A DNA stretch of 32,000 nucleotides from Candidatus Saccharimonadota bacterium (lineage in GTDB: Bacteria; Patescibacteriota; Microgenomatia; UBA1406; GWC2-37-13). Location of the stretch: positions 90,001-122,000 of the forward strand of contig CP064967.1 in assembly GCA_016699265.1 (NCBI GenBank), given 5' to 3'. How positions within the stretch are numbered: position 1 is the stretch's first letter; each line of letters begins with the position of its first letter. Both the position numbers and the translations under genes were made by a program. Positions 18,785-28,076 of this stretch are shown piece by piece. Below the pieces are notes generated by a model. It had not been told where the DNA came from, did not search any database, and was given only the letters and a program-made list of their open reading frames with translations.

Positions 18785-20755
18785 CTATTCTACATTAATA
18801 CCAAAATCAGAGGCTATCTTTCGCGCTTTTTCTTTTTCAGTATGCGGAATAGTAAATGAGAGGTATCGCTCAAAGTAATGTCTTGCCTTATCTTTATCCT
18901 GATAGCAGCCAGCATACACAATTGCAAGATCCAGAACAGCTTGAGAAAAATTAGTTTCAGTACGGTCATCCAGTGCTTGAAGTAAAAACTGTTCAGCAGC
19001 TGCACAGTTTCCCATACTTGCCTGCAGTCTACCCATTTCGGTAAATAGTTTATAGTCCCATAGATTCAGAGGTATCTCGTAGAGAAGTCCGACTGCCTTC
19101 TCTGCTCGCCCTTGAATGCGCAACAATGTAGCAAGCTGTCCACGGTAGAGCAAATTGTTGGGGTATAGGCGCAGCATATATTCAAGTTCTGCAGTTGCTT
19201 CAGGAATGTGCTTGGGATCTGCCCCAAGGTTCGATACTAGTGAGAGGTATCGCAGCTCATACTTCTTCAAAAACGATTCGGAAACTTTATTTCGTCGCAC
19301 AAACAGAGCGCCATTTGAATCAAGATAGATAAGCGCCCACTCATCGGTAAGCGTTGTCTGAATTGATCGGGAAAAGTTGCCCGATTCCTTCGATGCAAGG
19401 ACCGTATTCACATGCTTTGAGTCTAAGGTCTTTTTAAGAGTGTCCTTTGGGAAGGTGCCGCTTTGTAAAAGAACATTTAGCGTTTCTGATTCGTCATAGA
19501 TTTCATCCAGTAGATCAATATTTAGCTTATGAGGAAGATATAGTTTGGTATACCCAGTAAGCTCAGAGGTGGTAAGAATATTTCCGGGAAGACTGTGAGA
19601 ATTAATGATGCGGATCTGTTCAACAGGACTTCGGACGCTAAGGACTTTTAGAGGAAAGAAGATGAGGTATGTAATGTATGGAACTAGCCCTATAAGCAAT
19701 GCAGTCGTAATTATTTGTGAGTATTTACCTTTTCTTTGTATCTCATCTATGACGGTTGCCAGAAATAAAGCAATACTGAGCATTGCAAGAGGCATAAATC
19801 GTATATAGATGTACGAAATTGGTATGAGCACTAGTAGAGGAAGTGCGATCGTATTTCTTTTAAGAAAGCCAAAGTCTTTTTTTATGACAAAATAAACCAA
19901 TGAAACCGCACATCCAACAATGATCAATGCGAATGCTGCGTAGGGGATCGTGGAAACATTTTCCATAAGAAAGCTTTGATTCACGAGAGAGAGGAGGTTC
20001 GGAAGACTTACAAAGGCGCGCTTAAGATAGACAGTGCCTTGGAAGGTGAAGAAGGTTGTGTATATTTTAAATCCATACGGATTAATAAGAGATACGATGA
20101 AGGACGCGAGAAGAGCTGCAATCTGCGCGCTCATCAGTAGATACTTTTGCCGTTCTACGTAAAAATATGTAACTGGAATATATAGTAACTGAGTAATAAT
20201 TGGTAGAAATATGTAGCCGCCGTACAGATTCGACCAGAGCAGTGCAGTCAACGGAAGAAGAGCGAGATATTTGATCTGCTTTTTTTGCAGGGCGATTATA
20301 TGAACTATGGAGATAAATAAATAGAGAGGGGAGATGATAATGATTGGGTGAATCCGCCAGTATATCTGGACCACAAACAGTATGGCAATAATGGTAAGTA
20401 TTCGAGCGGAAAACCCTATTTTCAACATGCCGAACAAGACCCAGATGAGCGTAACTGAAGCGGCAAAGAAAACGATCGATACGGCAGAGCTAAGTAGTTG
20501 CAGGTTGGGGGCTGTAAGGTTGTACAAAAGTATGTCCGAAAGCCATGAATGGCTAAACCATTCTAACGAAGCATCCGTAGTCTTATAACTTATATCGTAG
20601 TGTGACGGGATTTTTTGGAATAGTGCGATGTGTTTCCCAACAGCCAGATGAAGGTATGAATCTGAAAACAATGGGTTGGCAACCACTGTTTTGATGAATA
20701 GTATCGATGACGCAAGTAACGCAAAGATCAGGAGGAGATATGTATATTTCTTCAT
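18785..20755 (-). CDS. Polytopic membrane protein with a C-terminal TPR domain (putative GT-C glycosyltransferase, TMTC-like architecture)
   Basis: About 400 aa of TM helices are followed by TPR-like repeats (LRLYPNNLLYRGQLATLLRIQGRAEKAVGLLYE..., CAAAEQFLLQAL...). The ATG at 20755 (MKKYTYLLLIF) is preferred over the TTG at 20788 used in the ORF track. Confidence 0.6.
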   Translation of the reverse strand: MKKYTYLLLIFALLASSILFIKTVVANPLFSDSYLHLAVGKHIALFQKIPSHYDISYKTTDASLEWFSHSWLSDILLYNLTAPNLQLLSSAVSIVFFAASVTLIWVLFGMLKIGFSARILTIIAILFVVQIYWRIHPIIIISPLYLFISIVHIIALQKKQIKYLALLPLTALLWSNLYGGYIFLPIITQLLYIPVTYFYVERQKYLLMSAQIAALLASFIVSLINPYGFKIYTTFFTFQGTVYLKRAFVSLPNLLSLVNQSFLMENVSTIPYAAFALIIVGCAVSLVYFVIKKDFGFLKRNTIALPLLVLIPISYIYIRFMPLAMLSIALFLATVIDEIQRKGKYSQIITTALLIGLVPYITYLIFFPLKVLSVRSPVEQIRIINSHSLPGNILTTSELTGYTKLYLPHKLNIDLLDEIYDESETLNVLLQSGTFPKDTLKKTLDSKHVNTVLASKESGNFSRSIQTTLTDEWALIYLDSNGALFVRRNKVSESFLKKYELRYLSLVSNLGADPKHIPEATAELEYMLRLYPNNLLYRGQLATLLRIQGRAEKAVGLLYEIPLNLWDYKLFTEMGRLQASMGNCAAAEQFLLQALDDRTETNFSQAVLDLAIVYAGCYQDKDKARHYFERYLSFTIPHTEKEKARKIASDFGINVE

Positions 20756-20765
20756 GATAAGGTGA

Positions 20766-21701
20766 TTATAGGTTTGACTGTGATACAAATGAATAGGTCA
20801 TCTCCGCTACGCTCTTCATAATTTTACTAGCTTCCTCCTCATTGGATTGAATCATGATGCATACCAAAAATGGTCGTTTTGGAACATAAATAATTCCGCA
20901 GTCGGAGTATATAGATTCGCTTGAACGAGCTCCGTACGATACGCCATACTTACTTGCAACCGGAATGCCGTCTGGTATACCCGATCGAAGCCGAAGATCA
21001 TCACTTGACTGCGTCATTAACTCTAGCACCTCATTTGAGTGCTCCTGAGTGAGGTAGGAACTAAGGTATAGACTTCTCAAAATAGATGAATAATTTTTTG
21101 GAGTGATGGTTGCTGACTCATCATTCTCCGATTCAAGATCAATATCGAGAGTGTCAAACACAAACGATATTTCCTCTCGAGTAAGTAGACTTAGAAGAAT
21201 ATTTTTCGCAGTGTTATCACTCTCATCGATAGTTTTATCTATAGCATCCTTAACGGCAATCCGCGCACCAACACGCTCTTCCCATAAGGTGCCTGCAGTT
21301 TTATCCTTAAACCGTTCCTCTAGAGCGACAAAATCATTTTTTCTCAACTTACCAGACTCAATCTTTTTATAGATAGCCATAACAATTGGGACCTTGATAA
21401 GGCTCGCAGGAATAAACTCTTCTTTCTCATTGACCCCTATCGATGTGCCCGAGGGGAGATATTCAAAGTACACTCCCGTCTTCATTGGGATAGCAGCGAC
21501 ATAGGATCTTAGTAATGATCTCAGCTTTGTGAATCTGACCAAAACATCATTCTGATTTTCAACAAAGATTCTTTTTGAGAGATAGGGGTAGTTTTTGTGC
21601 AACGATGGTACAGGGTTCGGAGAACTCATGAACGTAAATGACAGTAAAGCTACATTTAAAATAATGCTCATAACAAGCACGGGGATAACGATACGTTTCA
21701 T
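20766..21701 (-). CDS. Membrane-anchored class A beta-lactamase-fold serine hydrolase, paralog 1
   Basis: N-terminal TM helix. S-x-x-K (PASLIKVP), S-D-N (ESDNTAKN) and K-x-G (ASKYGVS) occur in the correct order. Its ATG overlaps the GT2 stop (atga at 21698-21701). Confidence 0.7.
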   Translation of the reverse strand: MKRIVIPVLVMSIILNVALLSFTFMSSPNPVPSLHKNYPYLSKRIFVENQNDVLVRFTKLRSLLRSYVAAIPMKTGVYFEYLPSGTSIGVNEKEEFIPASLIKVPIVMAIYKKIESGKLRKNDFVALEERFKDKTAGTLWEERVGARIAVKDAIDKTIDESDNTAKNILLSLLTREEISFVFDTLDIDLESENDESATITPKNYSSILRSLYLSSYLTQEHSNEVLELMTQSSDDLRLRSGIPDGIPVASKYGVSYGARSSESIYSDCGIIYVPKRPFLVCIMIQSNEEEASKIMKSVAEMTYSFVSQSNL

Positions 21702-22378
21702 TGCTTGAAAAGTTCTTTAAATAATTGTATTACGAACTGAATTCCGGTTGGGACTGCCCATGAACCACTTTCGCCCGCAATACGAGAGCTTTCGTAGGTA
21801 GGAATTTCGCCGATTCTTAACCCTAGCTTAAGAGCCCTTATGCTCATTTGATACTCAATAACAAAACCTTCACCATCGAGCTTGAGCGAATCGAAGGCTT
21901 TTTTTGTAATTATTCTGTAGCCATTTATGCTGTCCGTAAGCTTTCCGTGCCAGAATAGATTTGCAAGAAGCGTGAATCCTTGGTTTGCCCATTTACGCAA
22001 CTTAATTGGCTGATCGTCCTCTTCATTGTGCGAACTCTTCATAAATCTGGAGGCAATTACCATGTCAAATCCTTCGTCCATTTTACCGATAAGCTTGGGG
22101 ATGTCTTTAGGATCCTCATTTCCATCTGGACTAAAAAAAAGGAGATTTTCATTCTTGGCTTGTTCTGCTGCGATACGAAAGGCTTCGCCACGCCCCTTTT
22201 TTTGTTGCTTTATAACCTTAATCTTGTGTTGCTCGAAAAATGCAACTGTGCCATCTGTTGATTTATAGTCTACCGCAATAACTTCATCTACTGCATCAAG
22301 CGGAATTCGGGGGACTATCTCTTTGACGCCTTCGATTTCGTTACGTGTGAGGATGATGAGCGTTGTGTTTGGTACCAT
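21698..22378 (-). CDS. GT2 polyprenol-phosphate glycosyltransferase (ArnC/GtrB/DPM1-like)
   Basis: LIILTRNE...VIAVDYKSTDGT, an acidic FFSPDGNEDP motif and a C-terminal ESSRIAGESG resembling the R-x-x-G-x-S-K signature of ArnC/GtrB enzymes. Confidence 0.75.
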   Translation of the reverse strand: MVPNTTLIILTRNEIEGVKEIVPRIPLDAVDEVIAVDYKSTDGTVAFFEQHKIKVIKQQKKGRGEAFRIAAEQAKNENLLFFSPDGNEDPKDIPKLIGKMDEGFDMVIASRFMKSSHNEEDDQPIKLRKWANQGFTLLANLFWHGKLTDSINGYRIITKKAFDSLKLDGEGFVIEYQMSIRALKLGLRIGEIPTYESSRIAGESGSWAVPTGIQFVIQLFKELFKQ

Positions 22379-23319
22379 TTGATTGTTTTTTTTAAGCCAA
22401 TTTCTAAGGGGATTGTCGCATTAAATCCTATCATTTTTTTTGCCTTTTTTGTATCTGGAAGTCTACGCGGTTGTCCGTCTGGTTTCGATCTATCAAGTAC
22501 GGTTCCTGTTTTTTTACTAGAGATCTTGATGATGAGCTTTGCAAGGTTTTGAATAGATATTTCCTCTGAGCTCCCCAGATTTACTGGATCGGGCTTGGGA
22601 TATTTCTCGATCAGATCGAGGAGTCCGCGCGTAAGATCCTCAACGTAAATAAAGGAACGAGTTTGTTTTCCGGAACCCCATACAACCAATGGATTTTCAC
22701 CATCAAGTACTCGTTTAATTAGACCGGGAATTACATGAGAGATCGCAGGATCAAAGGTGTCACGAGGACCGTAGGCATTGTACGGTCGTGCAATGGCCAC
22801 TTTTAGACCATATTCATCATGATAAAATCGGGCCATGAGCTCCATCACTCGTTTGGACCAACCATAGCCGAGATTGGTTGGTTCTGGGTCGTCTACGAAG
22901 CCCATGTTTTCGTTGGTTGGAGGGTTGGCAAAACGCGGGTAGACACAGGCAGAACTTACAAGAAGAACTCGTTCAACTTTGTTTGCGTGCGATGCTCGGA
23001 GAATGTTTTTAGTCATCTCAATATTGTCCTCAAACATCTCGACTGGATGATTCATTGTGTACTGAATTCCTGCCACCTTTGAGGCGAGGTGGAGCACTAC
23101 ATTGATATTTTTTGTAGCCTTGAGGCAACTTCGATAATTTGTAAGATCACACCTAATCAGCTTAATCTTTCCGGCAAGATGTGCAAGATTATTGTCGTTG
23201 TGATTACACGTCGCACTTACATGTGCACCATTTTTTACCAAAAGCTGAGTTACCCATGACCCTATAAATCCTCCTGCGCCGGTAACCAAAACACTTTTTT
23301 TATTCCAAAATGAATTCAT
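22315..23319 (-). CDS. NAD-dependent sugar-nucleotide epimerase/dehydratase (extended SDR)
   Basis: VLVTGAGGFIGSW Rossmann motif, SSACVYP, and the catalytic YGWSK (YxxxK). The 3' end overlaps the GT2 start by 64 bp. Confidence 0.8.
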   Translation of the reverse strand: MNSFWNKKSVLVTGAGGFIGSWVTQLLVKNGAHVSATCNHNDNNLAHLAGKIKLIRCDLTNYRSCLKATKNINVVLHLASKVAGIQYTMNHPVEMFEDNIEMTKNILRASHANKVERVLLVSSACVYPRFANPPTNENMGFVDDPEPTNLGYGWSKRVMELMARFYHDEYGLKVAIARPYNAYGPRDTFDPAISHVIPGLIKRVLDGENPLVVWGSGKQTRSFIYVEDLTRGLLDLIEKYPKPDPVNLGSSEEISIQNLAKLIIKISSKKTGTVLDRSKPDGQPRRLPDTKKAKKMIGFNATIPLEIGLKKTIKWYQTQRSSSSHVTKSKASKR

Positions 23320-23369
23320 GCCCAGACTATAGCAGAGAGAGTTTGCGCGTACAACAAGAAAACCGTTGA

Positions 23370-24311
23370 TTATTGATATGATTGAACGTAATCGAACGCG
23401 ATCTTTGAATACGAGGCAATAGTTGAGGTCGAGGTCGACTCGTCTGCCTCAACCATTACGCATAGAATATAGGGGCGTTTGGGTACATAAATAATGCCAC
23501 AGTCGGTGAAGGTGCTTTTCTCTGGGTTGCGCATGGATGGGTGCTCTCCAATCTTATGAGCCACTGGAATAGAGCTAGGAATTGTTGCGGGGAGTTTGTC
23601 ATTGAACTCTGTCTGAGATAGTTGCTGAAGAAGTTGATTTGAGTTGCTCTTAGACAAATAACAGGAAAGGTAGAGGCATCTTAGTATCGATGAGTAGTTT
23701 TTTGCTGTGACTACTGCCTCGCCGTCGCCATCTCTTACTTTTGGTATGTCCAGAGCATCAAAAACCTTATCGATCTCCTCAGTAGAAATTTTTTTAAGAA
23801 GTAGCTTTTGTGCGGTATTGTCAGACTCTCTTATAAGGTGATTTAATGCTTGCTCTACTGTAATAATGGTACCCGATTTAAGCTTCCAAAGCTTTCCAAA
23901 ACCCCTATCACGCGATACATCATCCATAATGATCGTATCCGATGGTTTGAGCTCTCCACTCTCATAGTGTTTATAAATCCCCATTGCCAAAGGAGTTTTG
24001 AGTAGGCTTGCCGGTACAAATGCGTTCTTTTCATTAATTCCGATCGAGGCACCTGTTGGAAGATACTCAAAGTACACACTGGTTTTATAACTAAGTTGTG
24101 ACGAAAGTTGTTGCATATGCTTTCTTAAGGAAACAAAGTTCACAATAAGGTTATTTTGATTTTCTGAAAAAATACGTGGTGATAAAAAACTATATTGAGA
24201 ACCTTCTGTGGCTATCGGCAGACCGACCTTTTTTGAGTCTTGATTTGCTAAAATAAAATAGACGTTCGTAGTGAGTGATAACAAACAGATTACGCCGAGT
24301 ACCTTTTGCAT
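23370..24311 (-). CDS. Membrane-anchored class A beta-lactamase-fold serine hydrolase, paralog 2
   Basis: PASLLKTP (SxxK), ESDNTAQK (SDN), AHKIGEH (KxG). It shares blocks with paralog 1: VYFEYLP.G.SIG.NEK, KNYSSILR.LYLS.YL and DCGIIYVPKRP. Confidence 0.7.
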   Translation of the reverse strand: MQKVLGVICLLSLTTNVYFILANQDSKKVGLPIATEGSQYSFLSPRIFSENQNNLIVNFVSLRKHMQQLSSQLSYKTSVYFEYLPTGASIGINEKNAFVPASLLKTPLAMGIYKHYESGELKPSDTIIMDDVSRDRGFGKLWKLKSGTIITVEQALNHLIRESDNTAQKLLLKKISTEEIDKVFDALDIPKVRDGDGEAVVTAKNYSSILRCLYLSCYLSKSNSNQLLQQLSQTEFNDKLPATIPSSIPVAHKIGEHPSMRNPEKSTFTDCGIIYVPKRPYILCVMVEADESTSTSTIASYSKIAFDYVQSYQ

Positions 24312-24321
24312 AAACGTCTTT

Positions 24322-24351
24322 ATTCTACATCACGTAATTATGTAAAGTTAA
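24322..24351 (-). promoter_or_regulatory. Candidate promoter of the minus-strand operon (TTAACT-18-TAGAAT)
   Basis: On the minus strand, tagaat (plus coordinates 24322-24327) lies 10 nt upstream of the ATG at 24311. ttaact (24346-24351) lies 18 bp further up. No Shine-Dalgarno sequence lies between. Confidence 0.35.
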
Positions 24352-24412
24352 GACAGAATGAGCTTAAAGAATCTTACCGCCATTATGTTTTAAAATTGCC
24401 TCTAATTCGGCA

Positions 24413-24441
24413 TTGACAAAAATAATCAAAACATATATAGT
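24413..24441 (+). promoter_or_regulatory. Sigma-70-type promoter TTGACA-17-TATAGT
   Basis: ttgaca at 24413-24418, an exact 17-bp spacer, tatagt at 24436-24441. The ATG at 24452 is 10 nt downstream of the -10 box, giving a near-leaderless transcript. The TTG 'start' in the ORF track is the -35 box itself. Confidence 0.6.
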
Positions 24442-24451
24442 GAACCTTACT

Positions 24452-24913
24452 ATGATAAGTTCAAAAATTCTAACAAACCAAGAACGAGGAAATATTGTCC
24501 TCGGATTATTGATCGGAGCTGTTTTAGCTCTTATCCCATCATATTACTTCTACACGAAGTATCAGCAAGCTCAAAAGCTGCTTAAAAACCCTCAACAGGT
24601 TTCATTAGAGCAGACGAAGTCAGTCGTGGATAAGGTTGGCAAACTTATTGCCTTGCCAAATGACGAAACACCATCATTGGCAACTGTCCAAGATAAGTCG
24701 AAGTTGAAAGATCAGCCATTCTTTAAGAATGCTGTCAACGGAGATAAGCTCTTGCTTTTCATCAAGGCAAAGAAAGCTATTCTTTATCGAGAGTCAAACA
24801 ATAAGATCATTGAGGTCGCGCCGATAAATATTCAGAAGCAAGCGGCAGCACCAACTGGAAGCGCCACTGTAGCCCCAACAAAGGCTCCAGTTGTACCAAC
24901 AGTTAAAAAGTAA
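24452..24913 (+). CDS. Small single-pass membrane protein of unknown function with an Ala/Pro/Thr/Val-rich tail
   Basis: MISSKILTNQERGNIVLGLLIGAVLALIPSYYFY is a TM anchor. The C-terminus is AAAPTGSATVAPTKAPVVPTVKK. The gene is followed by a strong terminator. Confidence 0.65.
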   Translation: MISSKILTNQERGNIVLGLLIGAVLALIPSYYFYTKYQQAQKLLKNPQQVSLEQTKSVVDKVGKLIALPNDETPSLATVQDKSKLKDQPFFKNAVNGDKLLLFIKAKKAILYRESNNKIIEVAPINIQKQAAAPTGSATVAPTKAPVVPTVKK

Positions 24914-24930
24914 ATTCAGGTTAGTAATCA

Positions 24931-24960
24931 AAAACCTCCCGATGTATCGGGAGGTTTTTT
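24931..24960. terminator. Bidirectional rho-independent terminator between convergent genes
   Basis: Perfect 8-bp stem cctcccga (24935-24942) / tcgggagg (24947-24954) with loop tgta. It is flanked by aaaa on the left and tttttt on the right. Confidence 0.85.
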
Positions 24961-24966
24961 GGATGA

Positions 24967-26337
24967 TTACTGTATGACGGGGTTGAGCGCGAGAGTTCCT
25001 GAGGAAGTCATTACGTGATATTCTTTAGAGTCGATGCTCAATGAGTTGGGAAGATCTGTAAAAAGAGGCTGCTCAAAAAATGTTTTAGTCACCGTGTCAT
25101 AGACCTTTAACATATCTTGGTCATCATTCTTCCAGATAATTACCCCGTCTTGAGACGTGATGCGCGTTTTTATGGTAAGGTGAGGATCTTGAATAAGCTT
25201 GTCTCCGGCATCCTTCTCACCATTGAGTAGAATAATGTGAGAATCTCGTTCTGTAAAAAGAGGTTTTGGAGTCGCTACGTAGATATAAGAAGGTGATAGC
25301 TCAATGCTCTGAATGACCGGTTCAGGTCTCACAAGGACCATATCGTAGGAAATCTGGGAAGTCGATAGTGGAATAGTAAAAATGAGCTGTTTTTCTGCCA
25401 CTTTATTATTATTTGAGGCAGAAAGAAGTGGAAGAGGATCTATCATCCGGCTATCGTTCCATTTGATTCCTAGATGGAGATGGGGTCCGGTCGATCTTCC
25501 CGTACTACCTGAAAATCCAATAATTTGTCCTTTTTTGACTTTTTCTCCAAGCTGTGCCGAGGAAGTAGATAGGTGACCATAAAACGACTGTCCCCAAAGA
25601 TGCTGAACCGCAACCGTCGTTCCGTAGTTGTTTTCCTCACGATAGGGGACGATCTCTCCTTCATCAACAGCAACGATTGGAGTTCCGGAGGCTGTGGCAA
25701 AATCAATTCCATCATGGTTAGGCATTCCAAGATGTTCGGTAGGATCGACCTGTCCGAAACCAAGGGTCAACTCATAGTCCTCGTTAAACGGAAATCGGAG
25801 ATTAAGGAGTTCAGGTTTTCGTATCTGCTGAATGTTCGGGTCATTGATTACTGCATCTATAGGTGCGCTTTCGACAAGGGTCATAGAGCTTGTAGCTGTC
25901 TTTGTTGTAATGTCAGGAATATTTAGAGTGACCGTTGTCGTTTTGTTTGGCTCAATTATCTTTGAGCTCATTCGGGTAATTGACGGCGATGGTTCGTCTA
26001 TTACGAATGTGTCTCGTAGTAGTTGGGTTGTTCCTTGTGTTATAGCTATAGAGTAGGTGCCTGTTTTCCAAGGTGAGTAGGGTAGAATTCTAAGAACTTC
26101 ATTGTTTGAATCTTTTTCCTGTAGAGCCGATACTGTGGCTTTATATCCGACAGACTGACCAATGGTGTTCTCAAGCGTTATTGTTAGCGGTTGTGGCGTC
26201 CCCAAATAGTTCAGCGTTACCGTTTCGCCTTTTCTAAATAGTTTTTTATCAAGTGATATCTTAGGAGCGGTGTTTTCCTGTGCGAATGCCGTAACTGCGA
26301 GTGTGAGAAATGATAGGAAAAATAGTAGGCGTTTCAT
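24967..26337 (-). CDS. Secreted M23 (LytM-type) metallopeptidase with N-terminal beta-rich domains
   Basis: Signal peptide MKRLLFFLSFLTLAVTAFAQ. The motifs NHDGIDFA (HxxxD) and GSTGRSTGPHLHLGI (HxH) are present. Confidence 0.85.
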   Translation of the reverse strand: MKRLLFFLSFLTLAVTAFAQENTAPKISLDKKLFRKGETVTLNYLGTPQPLTITLENTIGQSVGYKATVSALQEKDSNNEVLRILPYSPWKTGTYSIAITQGTTQLLRDTFVIDEPSPSITRMSSKIIEPNKTTTVTLNIPDITTKTATSSMTLVESAPIDAVINDPNIQQIRKPELLNLRFPFNEDYELTLGFGQVDPTEHLGMPNHDGIDFATASGTPIVAVDEGEIVPYREENNYGTTVAVQHLWGQSFYGHLSTSSAQLGEKVKKGQIIGFSGSTGRSTGPHLHLGIKWNDSRMIDPLPLLSASNNNKVAEKQLIFTIPLSTSQISYDMVLVRPEPVIQSIELSPSYIYVATPKPLFTERDSHIILLNGEKDAGDKLIQDPHLTIKTRITSQDGVIIWKNDDQDMLKVYDTVTKTFFEQPLFTDLPNSLSIDSKEYHVMTSSGTLALNPVIQ

Positions 26338-26359
26338 TGACTGTGTTTTCCCTTACAGC

Positions 26360-26941
26360 TTATTTCATTATATCTTCGTCGGTTCGAGTGTAGGAGCAGA
26401 TCTCTGATTTTTTAAACCATAGAGGGATTTCATATTTGGCTTCCTCTAGGTTTCCTGAAGCATGCATCAAGTTTTTAATAGCTCTCTTAGCAGTGTTTGC
26501 TAGAGCGGAAGAGTCGTATGAGTAGTCTCCTCGGATTGTTCCTGGAAGGGATAATAACGGTAGGGTGTGGCCACAGATCTTGCGAACCAATTCTACGGCG
26601 TGAGGTCCTTCTAGGACCATAGCGAACACAGGACCAGACACTATGTAGTCGAGTAGCCAAACGCGTACCATGTCTCCGATTTTTTTGGCATCGGTGGTTC
26701 CCAAGACTTTTTCTGCATCCATCTCAAGCGCTTTATAGTTATCAAGAGTTTTGTTTCCAATTGCGATCCAGAGTTCATCCCTATCAGCTGGGTAATGTTG
26801 ATCTGCGAGGTCTTTGGTTACGACCGTCATCTTTGAAGCGACCACTTTTAGACCAGCTTTTTCGAAACGAGAAATTATCTCTCCAATTAAACTTCGCTTT
26901 ACTCCGTCTGGTTTTACGACGACTAATGTTTTTTCAATCAT
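26360..26941 (-). CDS. ndk: Nucleoside diphosphate kinase with internal insertions
   Basis: EKTLVVVKPDGVKRSLIGEIISRFEKAGLKVVASKM, SGPVFAMVLEGPHAVELVRK, GTIRGDY and NLMHASGNLEEAKYEIPLWF are present. The ATG at 26941 (MIEKTL) is preferred to the upstream ATG at 26992. Confidence 0.8.
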   Translation of the reverse strand: MIEKTLVVVKPDGVKRSLIGEIISRFEKAGLKVVASKMTVVTKDLADQHYPADRDELWIAIGNKTLDNYKALEMDAEKVLGTTDAKKIGDMVRVWLLDYIVSGPVFAMVLEGPHAVELVRKICGHTLPLLSLPGTIRGDYSYDSSALANTAKRAIKNLMHASGNLEEAKYEIPLWFKKSEICSYTRTDEDIMK

Positions 26942-26992
26942 AGGTGTGATGCCTGTTATATCTGCAGGGTAGCTTAAATATATCATGCTCAT

Positions 26993-28068
<1,076 letters not shown>

Positions 28069-28076
28069 CCAAACCT

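Noticed and set aside
17405-18878. Small + strand ORFs inside the minus-strand GT-C gene (17405-17674, 17602-17808, 17799-18161, 18588-18878), and similar small ORFs opposite other genes (19605-19808, 20382-20588, 21103-21372, 21980-22268, 22819-23082, 25382-26056, 29514-30048)
   Set aside because: They are short, lie antisense or out of frame to long well-supported genes, and have basic or low-complexity sequences typical of shadow ORFs.
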